Notes under the pieces: model-generated
What the model was told of the DNA's origin: nothing
Seen by the model: only the letters and a program-made list of their open reading frames with translations
Databases searched by the model: none
Translations under genes and position numbers: made by a program
In this document: one piece after another, positions 63,719-73,972 of the stretch
Layout: each line of letters begins with the position of its first letter
Numbering within the stretch: position 1 is the stretch's first letter
Assembly (NCBI RefSeq): GCF_000737315.1
Contig: NZ_JMCB01000001.1
Location: 144,001 to 268,000 of the forward strand
Direction of reading: 5' to 3'
DNA: 124,000 nucleotides
Source of the DNA: Hyalangium minutum
Lineage (GTDB): Bacteria > Myxococcota > Myxococcia > Myxococcales > Myxococcaceae

Positions 63719-64479
63719 CTACGGGCGCGCGCCGTCTCTCGCAGCCGGCGCGTCACCCGCTCGGCCCACTCGGGCTCGATCTCGATGCATGCGGGCCTGC
63801 GCCCCAGCCGCAGCGCCGACGCCGGCGTCGAGCCGCTCCCCGCGAACGGATCCAGCACCGTCTCCCCAGGCCGGCTGTACGTCCTCACCAGCGGCTCCAG
63901 CACCGAGAACGGCTTGTGGTGCGGATGGTTGCCCCACCGCCCCGCCTCGCCGTCGTCGTCGTAGCCGCTCACCACGGCCCACGCCACTGGCGGATCCCCC
64001 AGGCCTGGCACCGGCGCCAGCGTCCGAGCGAACACCAGCGCCACCTCGTACACCCGCAGCAGTTGCTCGTTGGCGTTCTTGTCCGTGGTGCGCTTGCCCC
64101 AGACGTACTCGCCGCGCAGGTGCGTGTAGCCGAGTTCCCGCGCCACCGTGGTGATGGGCTCCTTGCCCAGCAGGTTCGTCCAGATGACCAGCGGCGCGTC
64201 CGGCGTGAGCCACGCGACAGCCTGCGTCATCCACTTCTCCGTGAAGACACGGTAGTCCCGCACGGTCTCGAAGCGGACGATGGGGTTGCGATCAATCTTC
64301 TTGTGGGCGCGAGGGTCTCGCTCGTCCCCACCCTTCCTGCGCCGCGTCAGCAGGCAGTACGGCGGATCCGTGAGAAGCAGGCTGGCGCGGTTCTCCCCCA
64401 GCGCCGCCCGGTAGCCGTCCACCTCCCGCGCATCGGCGCGGTGGCAGCGCAAGGACTCGGCTGGCAGATCGGTACTCAT
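63682..64479 (-). CDS. Orphan N6/N4 DNA methyltransferase (beta class)
   Basis: LLTDPPY N-terminal; HPHHKP; LDPFAGSGST C-terminal. Confidence 0.85.
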   Translation of the reverse strand: MSTDLPAESLRCHRADAREVDGYRAALGENRASLLLTDPPYCLLTRRRKGGDERDPRAHKKIDRNPIVRFETVRDYRVFTEKWMTQAVAWLTPDAPLVIWTNLLGKEPITTVARELGYTHLRGEYVWGKRTTDKNANEQLLRVYEVALVFARTLAPVPGLGDPPVAWAVVSGYDDDGEAGRWGNHPHHKPFSVLEPLVRTYSRPGETVLDPFAGSGSTPASALRLGRRPACIEIEPEWAERVTRRLRETARARSYRERLLSPSAR

Positions 64480-64530
64480 CCAGCGCCACCCTACACCCGG
64501 CCGCGCCGGGCTCAAGCGGTTGCGCTGGAC

Positions 64531-64770
64531 TCAAGACACCGCGCCCACCTCCGAACGTGAGACGGCGGCAATCTCCCGGACGGGCACGCGAGGGTGCGTG
64601 CGGAAAATCGCGAAGTCGGTCCCCGCCTCCGTCACCACATCCATCATCTGATCGATGAACAGCTCGCCAGCCCGGAGCTGCACGGCCACGGGACGCCGCC
64701 TCAGCACCGTCTCCTCGAGCACATCAATGAAGTCACACTGCCCTACATCATCCTGGCAGATACGGCTCAT
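64531..64770 (-). CDS. Small protein resembling Rho-binding antiterminator Rof/YaeO
   Basis: CDFIDVLEE...VAVQL..GE; size ~79 aa. Confidence 0.5.
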   Translation of the reverse strand: MSRICQDDVGQCDFIDVLEETVLRRRPVAVQLRAGELFIDQMMDVVTEAGTDFAIFRTHPRVPVREIAAVSRSEVGAVS

Positions 64771-64987
64771 GAAACACCTGATCCGGACAGCGCCGGCTTC
64801 GAGGCGCGGTGACACGCCTCCCCCTGTCACTTCACCCTGGCCGTAACGAGCCCAGGACTTGGACGCAACTCCAAGCCCCGAAGCTACCGATCTCCAGACC
64901 TTCCGTGAAGAACTTGGGACTCCGGGTCCCTGCAGGTGTCTGCCCGGCGTCCAGGGTTGGACACCTGGGCAGGAAAATTTCCTGAGA

Positions 64988-65836
64988 TCAGCGATCGCCG
65001 GCGGCGTAGTCCTTCGCGTAGTCCTTGAAGGTGCGGGGCGGGCGGCCGAGCACGTCCTTCACGCCGCTGGCCGTCGCGGCGGACCAGCCGTTTTTGATCA
65101 GCGCGTTGAGCTCCATCAGGCCGTCCACCACCCACGCGGGCATCTGCATGTCCAGCATGGACTTGCGAGCGCCCTCCTCGGGCACGTCCACGTAGGAGTA
65201 ATTGCGGCCCAGCGCCTGGCCGAGGATGGCCAACGCCTCGGCGTCACTGAGCGCCTCGGGCCCGGTGAGCTCGTACGCCTTGTTCTCGTGCCCCGGACTC
65301 GTGAGGACCGTTGCGGCCACCTCGCCAATGTCCCGCCCGTCCACCCACGCTGCCTTGCCCTGGCCATGCGGCGCGTAGACGGTGCTGTCCTTCTTCGGAT
65401 CCGCGCCATAGAAGTTGAAGAAGTTCTCCATGAAGAAGGTGGGCCGCAGCATCGTCCACGCGATGCCGCTGTCCTTGATGGCCTTCTCACTGGCCCGGTG
65501 CAACCGGCCCATGGCGATGCCCGGCTCGGCCTCCACGCCCATCACCGACAGCTTGACGATGTGCTTCACCCCCGCCTTCTTCGCCGCGTTCACCAGTGCC
65601 TGGGTGTACTCCACCTGCTTCTCGGACGTCGGCGTGAGCAGGAACAGCTTCTCCACGCCCTGCAGCGCCGGCCCGAAGGTCTCCGGCTTGTCCCAGTCGA
65701 ACGGGACCGCCTCCACGCCCTGCCCCTTGAGCTTGTCGGGCGAGCGGGTTCCCACCTTGAAGCGCACCCCCTTGGTCTTGAGCGCCTTCACCGTGGAAGA
65801 ACCAATCGTCCCCGTCGCACCTGTTACGAGAATCAT
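64988..65836 (-). CDS. NmrA-like/SDR NAD(P)-binding oxidoreductase
   Basis: ILVTGATGTIG, WTMLRPTFFMEN, YELTGPEAL. Confidence 0.9.
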   Translation of the reverse strand: MILVTGATGTIGSSTVKALKTKGVRFKVGTRSPDKLKGQGVEAVPFDWDKPETFGPALQGVEKLFLLTPTSEKQVEYTQALVNAAKKAGVKHIVKLSVMGVEAEPGIAMGRLHRASEKAIKDSGIAWTMLRPTFFMENFFNFYGADPKKDSTVYAPHGQGKAAWVDGRDIGEVAATVLTSPGHENKAYELTGPEALSDAEALAILGQALGRNYSYVDVPEEGARKSMLDMQMPAWVVDGLMELNALIKNGWSAATASGVKDVLGRPPRTFKDYAKDYAAGDR

Positions 65837-65896
65837 GTTCCCTCTCCGTCTTCGTTGATCAAACAGCGGGTGCACGATGCCACGAGCCCGAGGAGA

Positions 65897-66631
65897 TCAG
65901 CCAGATCCCCTGCCCTCCGGCGGGCCGCCCCCGAGTGCCACGCCGCGCTGCAGCCGCTCCTGGCCGAAGGGACACAGGTCCAGCACGGGGCAGCGTCCGC
66001 ACGCGGGCGACTGGTGGTAGCAGCAGCGCTGGCCATGCAGCATCAGCGCCTCGTGGTGGTCGTAGACCTGCTGCGCGTCCCATCTCTGAGGGAGAAGCGC
66101 GGCCAAGATCGCGTGCGAGGGCCCCACGGGGATGCGGGCCGAGAGCAGCCCCAGCCGGACGGCGACGCGGTAGTGGTGGCTGTCCACGGGCAGCGCGGGC
66201 ATGCGCAGGCGGCTGAAGAGGAGCACGGCGGCGCTCGTCTTCGGCCCCACGCCGGGCAGCGCCTCCAGCCAAGCGCGCGCCTGGGGCACCTCCATCCCCT
66301 CGAGGAAGTCGAGCGTCAGCGCCCCGCCTTGGCGCGTGGTGATCTCGCGGAGGACGGCCTGGAGACGCGGCGCCTTCTGCTCGGGCCAGGTGACGCTGGC
66401 GATGGCGTCCTGCACCTCCTGCAGCGGCGCGTCCCGGACGGCCTCCCAGGTGGAGAACCGGCTCCGGAGCTGCCGGAACGCCCGGCCCGAGTCCGCGTTG
66501 CGCGTGCGGTGGGACAGCAGCGCGGAGACCAGCTCGCTCAGCGGATCCAGGTCGTGGAAGAAGGGAATCGGACAGCCATACGCGGCGCACAGGCGCTCGT
66601 GCACCCGCATCACCTTCTCGGACAACTCCAT
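65897..66631 (-). CDS. Endonuclease III-like HhH-GPD DNA glycosylase with FeS loop
   Basis: LPGVGPKT, PVDSH, C-x6-C-x2-C-x5-C. Confidence 0.9.
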   Translation of the reverse strand: MELSEKVMRVHERLCAAYGCPIPFFHDLDPLSELVSALLSHRTRNADSGRAFRQLRSRFSTWEAVRDAPLQEVQDAIASVTWPEQKAPRLQAVLREITTRQGGALTLDFLEGMEVPQARAWLEALPGVGPKTSAAVLLFSRLRMPALPVDSHHYRVAVRLGLLSARIPVGPSHAILAALLPQRWDAQQVYDHHEALMLHGQRCCYHQSPACGRCPVLDLCPFGQERLQRGVALGGGPPEGRGSG

Positions 66632-66818
66632 GCCCGTCAGACCTCCTGGCCTCATGGGTTGTGAGGCTCTCATGTGACCTGACAGGTTAGCTCCGGCGCT
66701 GGCGCCCTACCGGGTTTCGAGGGGGCTCATGACGCGGGGCGTTCACTGAGCAACGGGGGTTCTTCCATGGACGGAGCGACCCAGCCCGGCATAGCGTCTC
66801 GCCACCCCGAGCGCACGA

Positions 66819-68234
66819 GTGTCCATGAGCTGGAATCCCCTTCGCGCCCTGCTGGCCTGCCTCCTCCTCGCCGCCCCCGCCGTCCAAGCCGAGGAGCCCG
66901 CCGCGCCTTCGAGCCCCGCACCCGCGCCGGAGGTGCCTCCCAACCAGTCCCCACTCCCCGCCGAGTCCGCACCGCCTCCCGAGGCGCCTCCTCCCTCGGA
67001 GGCATCTGACACGCCCGCCAGGCGCAAGGGCTGGGACATCCAGGGCGTGCCCGCCATCAACTTCAACACCGACGAGGGCTTCGGATACGGCGCGGTCCTG
67101 CTGCTGGTGGACCGGGCGGATGGCTCCTACGAGCCGTTCCGCTACTCGGTGATGTTGCAATTCTTCCAGACCACGCGGCAGGTGGCCTCGCACTTCATCA
67201 ACCTGGATGCGCCGCGGTTCCTCGGCTCGCCGTGGCGCATGGGCCTGGAGCTCGCGTATGCACGGACCAAGTTCGCCCCGTATTACGGCCTGGGCAACAC
67301 CGCGGACTACGACAAGGAACTCTCGAGCTGCGGTGATCGGGACGCACTGAAGGACAACCCGGATGTCTGCCCGGACAACACCGCGTTCCGGGGGCTGCGC
67401 TATTACACGTACGATCACCGGAGCCTGCCGCGCATCCGCCTCAACGCGCGTCGCGGGCTCTCCGACGAGTGGCTCCTCTTCCTGGGCTACCGCCTGCGCG
67501 TGGACCGGATCCGGATGCGCTACTCGGCGGATGACTTGGGCCAGACGGGCGACTCCAAGCTCTTCGAGGACACCTCCGCCGGTCTGCTCGAGCCCTATGC
67601 GGGCCCGGTCTCCGAGCCCCTCTCGGAGCGCACCTCCGAGATGCTCGTGGGCATCCAGTACGACACCCGCGACATCGAGTCCTCCCCCACTCGGGGCATG
67701 TTCCACGAGCTGTCCGTGCGCGGCGGCGCCAGCCCCCTGGGTAGCCAGCTCAACTACTGGGGCGCCACGCTCCACACGCGCTTCTTTCACCCCGTCATCC
67801 CCGGCTACTCGCGGCTCATCATGGGGTGGCGCGGCCTGCTCGATGTGATGGGCGGAGACGTCCCCATCTCCCTGCTCCCGTTCTACGGCGGGCTCGAGGG
67901 CAAGGACGGCCTGGGCGGCGTCTTCTCCGCGCGCGGCATCCTCCTGCGCCGCTACCAGGGGCCCGTGAAGCTGCTGCTCAACGGCGAGCTTCGGTGGACC
68001 CCGCTCTCCGCGCAGCCGCTGGGCCAGCAGTTCGACTTCACCTTCGCGGGGTTCCTGGACGCCGGGCGCGTCTGGAGCGACCTGCACTTCAGCGAGGGCG
68101 GGGGCTTGAAGACGTCCGCGGGCGGCGGGCTGCGCGTCATCTGGAACCGCGAGTTCGTCATCCGCCTGGACTACGGCGTCGGCATCACCGAGCCCACCAC
68201 CGGCTTCTACCTGGACATCGGCCACATCTTCTGA
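66819..68234 (+). CDS. Omp85/BamA-TamA family outer-membrane protein
   Basis: NFNTDEGFGYG, YDTRD, RLDYGVG, C-terminal HIF. Confidence 0.85.
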   Translation: MSMSWNPLRALLACLLLAAPAVQAEEPAAPSSPAPAPEVPPNQSPLPAESAPPPEAPPPSEASDTPARRKGWDIQGVPAINFNTDEGFGYGAVLLLVDRADGSYEPFRYSVMLQFFQTTRQVASHFINLDAPRFLGSPWRMGLELAYARTKFAPYYGLGNTADYDKELSSCGDRDALKDNPDVCPDNTAFRGLRYYTYDHRSLPRIRLNARRGLSDEWLLFLGYRLRVDRIRMRYSADDLGQTGDSKLFEDTSAGLLEPYAGPVSEPLSERTSEMLVGIQYDTRDIESSPTRGMFHELSVRGGASPLGSQLNYWGATLHTRFFHPVIPGYSRLIMGWRGLLDVMGGDVPISLLPFYGGLEGKDGLGGVFSARGILLRRYQGPVKLLLNGELRWTPLSAQPLGQQFDFTFAGFLDAGRVWSDLHFSEGGGLKTSAGGGLRVIWNREFVIRLDYGVGITEPTTGFYLDIGHIF

Positions 68235-68327
68235 CGCGGCGCACTCGGGCCAGACGCCCTCGACAAGCTCGCGGCTCCTCTGCGATGACGGAGCCGCGCC
68301 GGACCGCCTCCCCGGCCTGGAGAGCTC

Positions 68328-70433
68328 ATGTCACCTAGGACTTCTCACCTCGCCTCGCCCTGCGCCCGAGCAGGCTTGCTGGCGCTCGCTTTGCTGCTCG
68401 GCAGCGCCTGCTCGGAGATGGATGCGGACACGGATCCGCTGGCGCGCATCACCCGCACGTTGGAAGCCTCGGGTGGAGCTGCCCCCCGCACGCTGGTGGC
68501 CAACGTGTACTACCGGGATCGCGCGGACCTCAACGCCCTGGCCACCGACTACGACGCGCTGGAGAAGGTGGATCGGCAAGCGGGCTTCGTGGTGCTCGCG
68601 CTCACGCCAGAGGATGCCCAAGCGCTGAGGGAGCGCGGCTACCGGGTGGAGCTGGACGAGAAGTCCACGCTGTCCGCCAACACGCCTCGTATCCCGGACG
68701 CGGCGCATCCCACGGGGATCACCTCCTTCACCTGCTACCGCACCATCGAGGAGAGCTATGCCTCCCTGGCCCAGCTCGCCGCAGCCCAGCCGAACATCGC
68801 CTCGTGGGTCGACATCGGGAACACCTGGGACAAGATCACGCGGCTCGGGCCTCCGGGGTACGACTTGTTCGCGCTGGTGTTGACCAACAAGGCACGGCCC
68901 GGGCCCAAGCCTCGCTTCTTCCTCATGGCCGCCATCCACGCGCGCGAGTACACCACCGCGGAGACGGCCACCCGCTTCGGCGAGTACCTCATCAACAACT
69001 ACGGCATCGATCCGGACGTCACCTGGATGCTGGACTACGGCGAGGTGCACATCGTCGTTCAGTCCAACCCCGACGGGCGCAAGGTCGCCGAGCAGGGCTA
69101 CACCCAGCGCAAGAACCGCAACACCACCAGCGGCAGTCAGACCTGCACCAACCCGCCCACGAACAGCAGCCAGTACGGCATTGACCTCAACCGCAACAGC
69201 ACCTTCGGGTGGGGTGGACCGGGCGCGAGCACGAGCCCCTGCAGCCTGACCTACCGGGGCCCGAGCGCGGCCAGCGAGCCGGAGACGCTCGCGCTCGAGA
69301 ACTACATCCGCTCGCTCTACCCGGACCGGCGGGGCCCCGGACGCGGAGACGCGGCGCCAGCGGACACGGAGGGCGTGATGATCTCCCTGCACAGCTACTC
69401 GGAGCTGGTGCTGTTCCCCTGGGGTGACAGCGAGTCCACCGTGCCGAACCTGGCCGGGCTGCGGGCGCTGGGCAAGCGCATGAGCTTCTACAACAACTAC
69501 GAGGCGTGCCAGACAGCCGTCTGCCTCTACGAGGCCGCGGGCGCCACGGATGACTTCACCTACGGCGAGCTGGGCGTGGCCTCGTACACCATCGAGATGG
69601 GCAACGACTTCTTCGAGAGCTGCAGCGCCTTCGAGGCAGACGTGTACCCGCGCAATTTCCCGGCGCTGCTCTACGCCTTCAAGGTGGTGCGCCGTCCGTA
69701 CCAGCTCGCGCAGGGCCCGGACTCGCGCTCGCTCACGCTGACGCCCGCCACCGTCGACCAGGGCCTGCCGGCCACCCTGCGCGCCACGGCGGATGACACC
69801 CGCTTCGGAAGCATTGGCGGCGCCGAGCAGACCCAGCCCATCATCGCCGCGCGTTACTCGGTGGATGCGCCCTCTTGGGTGCCGAACACGCCGGTCTACC
69901 CGCTGTCCGCGAGCGACGGTGCCTTCAACTCGACCCAGGAGCAGCTCACGGCCACGGTGAACACGTCCGGGCTGTCGTTCGGCCGCCACACCCTCTTCGT
70001 GGAGAGCCAGGACAGCTCGGGCGCCTGGGGGCCTCCCTCCGCCCTCTTCTTCACCGTCCATCAGCCTTTGCGCGCGGTCGGCGTGACGCCGGGCGCCTCG
70101 GGGACACAGGGAACGCGCGGGCAGCTCATCACCTACACACTGGACATCACCAACCAGGGCAGCCTTTCGGACTCGTTCCGGGTGGCGGTGACCTCGAGCT
70201 GGCCTGTCAGGACCTTGAGCTCGGTGGGGCCGCTGGGCGTGGGAGAGAGCTCCTCCGTGCAGGTAACGATCCTCGTGCCCCCAAACGCGCCGATGTGGAG
70301 CACGGACACCGCCCAGGTGCGCATCACCTCCATGGGAGATCCGCAGAAGGCGGCCACGGCCTCAATCGTCACCATGGCCACGAGCCCTGACCTGCCGCCG
70401 ACCTCCGTCACCGACGAGGACTCCACCTGGTGA
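68328..70433 (+). CDS. M14 zinc carboxypeptidase lipoprotein with Ig-like C-terminal domains
   Basis: HARE, DLNRN, SLHSYSE, YTIEMG. Confidence 0.9.
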   Translation: MSPRTSHLASPCARAGLLALALLLGSACSEMDADTDPLARITRTLEASGGAAPRTLVANVYYRDRADLNALATDYDALEKVDRQAGFVVLALTPEDAQALRERGYRVELDEKSTLSANTPRIPDAAHPTGITSFTCYRTIEESYASLAQLAAAQPNIASWVDIGNTWDKITRLGPPGYDLFALVLTNKARPGPKPRFFLMAAIHAREYTTAETATRFGEYLINNYGIDPDVTWMLDYGEVHIVVQSNPDGRKVAEQGYTQRKNRNTTSGSQTCTNPPTNSSQYGIDLNRNSTFGWGGPGASTSPCSLTYRGPSAASEPETLALENYIRSLYPDRRGPGRGDAAPADTEGVMISLHSYSELVLFPWGDSESTVPNLAGLRALGKRMSFYNNYEACQTAVCLYEAAGATDDFTYGELGVASYTIEMGNDFFESCSAFEADVYPRNFPALLYAFKVVRRPYQLAQGPDSRSLTLTPATVDQGLPATLRATADDTRFGSIGGAEQTQPIIAARYSVDAPSWVPNTPVYPLSASDGAFNSTQEQLTATVNTSGLSFGRHTLFVESQDSSGAWGPPSALFFTVHQPLRAVGVTPGASGTQGTRGQLITYTLDITNQGSLSDSFRVAVTSSWPVRTLSSVGPLGVGESSSVQVTILVPPNAPMWSTDTAQVRITSMGDPQKAATASIVTMATSPDLPPTSVTDEDSTW

Positions 70434-71665
70434 GGCGCTCCATGACACGGCTGTTCACCGCGCTCCTGGCCACCACCGCGCTCCTGGCCACAGGCTGCAA
70501 GAAGGAAGAGGCCCCCCGCGCGGATGCGGACTTCTACAAGAAGACCCAGGAGCAGCTGATCCGCGCCAAGCCGGGCACGGTCATCGAGCTGCCCGAAGGC
70601 CGTTTCCAGCTCGACCGGAGCCTGTCCTCCACCGTGGATGGCATCACCCTCCGCGGCAAGGGCATGGACAAGACGATCCTCTCCTTCAAGGGCCAGACCC
70701 AGGGAGCCGAGGGGCTGCTGGTCAAGGGCAACAACATCACCATCGAGGATCTGGCCATCGAGGACACGAAGGGCGACGCGCTCAAGGTCAACGGCTCGGA
70801 CGGGCTGGTGATCCGGCGCGTGCGGACCGAGTGGACGGGCGGTCCCAAGGCCACCAATGGCGCCTATGGGCTCTACCCTGTGCAGTGCCGGAACGTGCTG
70901 ATCGAGGACTCGGTGGCCATTGGGGCCTCGGACGCGGGCATCTACGTGGGCCAGTCCGAGCACGTCATCATCCGTCGCAACAAGGCGATGCGGAACGTGG
71001 CCGGCATCGAGAGTGAGAACACGAAGTTCGCGGACATCTACGAGAACACCGCGACGGAGAACACAGGTGGCATCCTGGTGTTCGACTTGCCGGATCTGCC
71101 CAAGCGCGGCGGCCAGGCCACGCGCGTCTTCAACAACGACATCTTCGCCAACACCACGGACAACTTCGCCCCCGAGGGGAACATCGTCGCCAAGGTGCCT
71201 CGGGGCACGGGCGTGATGATCATGGCCACCGACCAGGTGGAGGTGTTCCAGAACCGGATCCGCGACAACCCGACGGTGAACATGCTCATCGTCAGCTACT
71301 TCGTGGCGCAGAAACCCATCAAGGACAAGGGCTACGATCCCTACCCCGAGGCCCTCTCCATCCACGACAACACGTTCTCCGGCGGGGGAGAGTCGCCGGA
71401 CGGCGTGTTCTTGAAGCTGCTGGCGCTCAAGCTGGGCAAGCCGTTCCCGGACATCCTCTATGACGGGATTGTCGACGAGAAGAAGCGGACCCCGGCGGGC
71501 ACGCTGCCGGATGAGCTGCGCATCTGCCTCCGGAACAACGGCGATGCGGACTTCGCCAACGCCGATGTGGAGCACGACTTCGCGAACATCCGCAAGGAAC
71601 TGGCCCCTCATGACTGCCAGCACCCGAGCTACGCGCCGGTCCAGCTGACGGGAGTCATGCAGTGA
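70430..71665 (+). CDS. Parallel beta-helix lipoprotein (TIGR03805-like)
   Basis: NGAYGLYPVQC, GASDAGIYVGQS, NTGGILVFDLP. Confidence 0.85.
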   Translation: MRRSMTRLFTALLATTALLATGCKKEEAPRADADFYKKTQEQLIRAKPGTVIELPEGRFQLDRSLSSTVDGITLRGKGMDKTILSFKGQTQGAEGLLVKGNNITIEDLAIEDTKGDALKVNGSDGLVIRRVRTEWTGGPKATNGAYGLYPVQCRNVLIEDSVAIGASDAGIYVGQSEHVIIRRNKAMRNVAGIESENTKFADIYENTATENTGGILVFDLPDLPKRGGQATRVFNNDIFANTTDNFAPEGNIVAKVPRGTGVMIMATDQVEVFQNRIRDNPTVNMLIVSYFVAQKPIKDKGYDPYPEALSIHDNTFSGGGESPDGVFLKLLALKLGKPFPDILYDGIVDEKKRTPAGTLPDELRICLRNNGDADFANADVEHDFANIRKELAPHDCQHPSYAPVQLTGVMQ

Positions 71666-72789
71666 TGATGGGTCGTGTGCTGGTGGCCATGCTGGCCCTG
71701 GGGTTGGGGGCATGCAGCAAGGGGCGTGGGGAGGTCCACACCTTCGTGGAGGATCCCTATCCAGAGAAGCTGTCGGCGTGGGGGCTCTTCCAGGGTTCGG
71801 GCTGGACGCTCGAGCCCCAAGCGGGGGTCATCCCCTATTCGGTGAACACGCCGCTCTTCAGCGACTACGCGGAGAAGTACCGGACGATCTGGGTGCCTCC
71901 GGGCCAGGCGGCGCAATACCGGGACTCGGACGTGTTCGACTTCCCGGTGGGCACGATCCTGTCGAAGACGTTCATGTACCCGGTGGACGGGCGCGTGCCC
72001 GCGGCGCAGGGGCCTGGGCGGACGGCAGGCAACGCGGACAAGCGCTTCCGGCCAGTGGAGACGCGCATCCTGGTGCACGCGAAGCAGGGCTGGGTGTCCC
72101 TGCCCTACGTGTGGAACGAAGAGGGCACCGAGGCCACGCTGGAGGTGGTGGGCAGCAGCCGCAACGTGGAGGTGACGCACGCCTCGGGCGAGAAGCTGTT
72201 CGCCCACTACATGATCCCCAACGTGAACCAGTGCCAGGGCTGCCATGAGCGCGACAAGGCGATGACGCCCATCGGCCTCCAGGCGCGGCACCTGAACCGG
72301 GGCTATCCCTATGACGAGGGCCCCGAGAACCAGCTCGTGAAGCTGACGCGCGTGGGCTACCTGAAGGGCGCTCCGGCCCCCACGGCGGCGCCACGCAACG
72401 CCGTGTGGAACGAGCCCACCACGGGGACGCTGGAGGAGCGGGCGCGTGCGTATCTCGAGGCCAACTGCGCGCACTGCCACGATCGACGTGGACCCGCAGC
72501 GAGCTCGGGTCTGTACCTGGCCGCGCAGGAGAAGGATCCGCACACGCTCGGCCGCTGCAAGGCGCCCGTGGCCGCGGGCCGGGGCGCGGGCAAGGACCTG
72601 CCCTTCGACATCGTCCCCGGCAAGCCCGAGCGCTCCATCCTGGTGTACCGGATGGACTCGCAAGATCCGGGGGTGATGATGCCCGAGCTGGGGCGCTCGC
72701 TCATCCACCGAGAGGGCGTAGCGCTCCTCCGCGAGTGGATCCAACAACTCCAGGGCTCCTGCGACGACGAGCCCCGGACGGAGCGCTGA
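71662..72789 (+). CDS. SO2930-family diheme c-type cytochrome lipoprotein (TIGR03806-like)
   Basis: YSVNTPLFSDYAEK; CQGCH and CAHCH; MMPELGR. Confidence 0.85.
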   Translation: MMMGRVLVAMLALGLGACSKGRGEVHTFVEDPYPEKLSAWGLFQGSGWTLEPQAGVIPYSVNTPLFSDYAEKYRTIWVPPGQAAQYRDSDVFDFPVGTILSKTFMYPVDGRVPAAQGPGRTAGNADKRFRPVETRILVHAKQGWVSLPYVWNEEGTEATLEVVGSSRNVEVTHASGEKLFAHYMIPNVNQCQGCHERDKAMTPIGLQARHLNRGYPYDEGPENQLVKLTRVGYLKGAPAPTAAPRNAVWNEPTTGTLEERARAYLEANCAHCHDRRGPAASSGLYLAAQEKDPHTLGRCKAPVAAGRGAGKDLPFDIVPGKPERSILVYRMDSQDPGVMMPELGRSLIHREGVALLREWIQQLQGSCDDEPRTER

Positions 72790-72799
72790 AGGGAGGGCC

Positions 72800-73972
72800 T
72801 CACCGGGCGCGGCGGCGCTGTGCCCACCGCACCCCCCGTGCAGCCTGGGCCCAGCGCCCCTGGAGGCGCGCCTCGGAAGCCAACGCCTCCTCCCGCGAGG
72901 GCCCCTCCGGCAACAACCTCGCCGCGTGTGAGAGCACGAGCCGCTCCAGCGCCCACTCCTCGCACAGCCGCCTCAGGCCGGGCCCATCCAGCCCACACGC
73001 TCCCAGGAAGACCTCGCGATCCGGAGGCCGCACTCCGTGGCGCCGCCACCACTCGTCCTCGGCCTGCTTCACTTCCTCAGCGGTGGGCTCCAACCCCAAC
73101 GAGCGCGCCCAGCCCGCCAGGAGCGCCCGCCGCAGCCCCGCCTCGGCCAGCGCCGCGCTGTCCGGCTCCTGCTGCAGCACCGCCAGCACTTGGGAGGAGG
73201 ACACCGTCCGCCCCGCCAGCACGGCCACGCCCTCCTCCAACCTGCGCCGCCTCACCTTCGCGGGAAGCGAAGTCCTCACCCCTCCCCGGGGAGGCTTCAC
73301 CGGCGCGGCCGACGCCAGGAACGCCGCCGCCGCCCGGAGGCACGCCTGGGCATCCAGCGCCTGCAGATCCTCCACGCCCCGGGAGAACCATCCCTCCCAG
73401 CTTCCCCACGTGGCTGCGGACCAGGACGGGCGCTCGGCATCCAGGATCCGGCGCCAGGTGCGCTCCGCGTAGTAGAGGCGCTCGGCCACCGTCACCAGCG
73501 TCCGCGCCTGCCGCGCGTTGAGCACCCGCGCCGCCCGCGCCTGGGTCACCACGTGCCGGACATTCACCATCGGCACGGTGAGCGGCCGGTAGCCCTGCTC
73601 GGCGCCGGCGTGCCGCAGCGCCACCTCCGAGTCATCCACCAGCATCCCCGTCCGGTACCACTCGAAGATCTGCCCCACCCCTACCATGCCCTGCGCAGCC
73701 AGTTCCGCCGCGCGCAGCGCCCCCTGCCCTGCGCCCCCGAAGACGGCCACGCCCGCCTCCACCGCGGCCAGCAGCTCCTGGTGCCACACCGGCGGCAGGG
73801 CCTCGCCCACTCCATCGATCAGAGCGATGGCGCGGGGACGCAGCGCGAGCGCCCGCCACACATCCCCTCGGCGGGCCGGAGGCAGCACATGACAATTCAC
73901 CCACCGGCGCGCCTCGCCCACGGGCAGCGAGGGGCCCAGAAAGACAACGAGATCCTCAGGACGGCGTTTCAT
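72800..73972 (-). CDS. TfuA-like protein (divergent)
   Basis: VVFLGPSLP, PPARRGDVW, GALRAAEL, DDSEVAL. Confidence 0.85.
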   Translation of the reverse strand: MKRRPEDLVVFLGPSLPVGEARRWVNCHVLPPARRGDVWRALALRPRAIALIDGVGEALPPVWHQELLAAVEAGVAVFGGAGQGALRAAELAAQGMVGVGQIFEWYRTGMLVDDSEVALRHAGAEQGYRPLTVPMVNVRHVVTQARAARVLNARQARTLVTVAERLYYAERTWRRILDAERPSWSAATWGSWEGWFSRGVEDLQALDAQACLRAAAAFLASAAPVKPPRGGVRTSLPAKVRRRRLEEGVAVLAGRTVSSSQVLAVLQQEPDSAALAEAGLRRALLAGWARSLGLEPTAEEVKQAEDEWWRRHGVRPPDREVFLGACGLDGPGLRRLCEEWALERLVLSHAARLLPEGPSREEALASEARLQGRWAQAARGVRWAQRRRAR

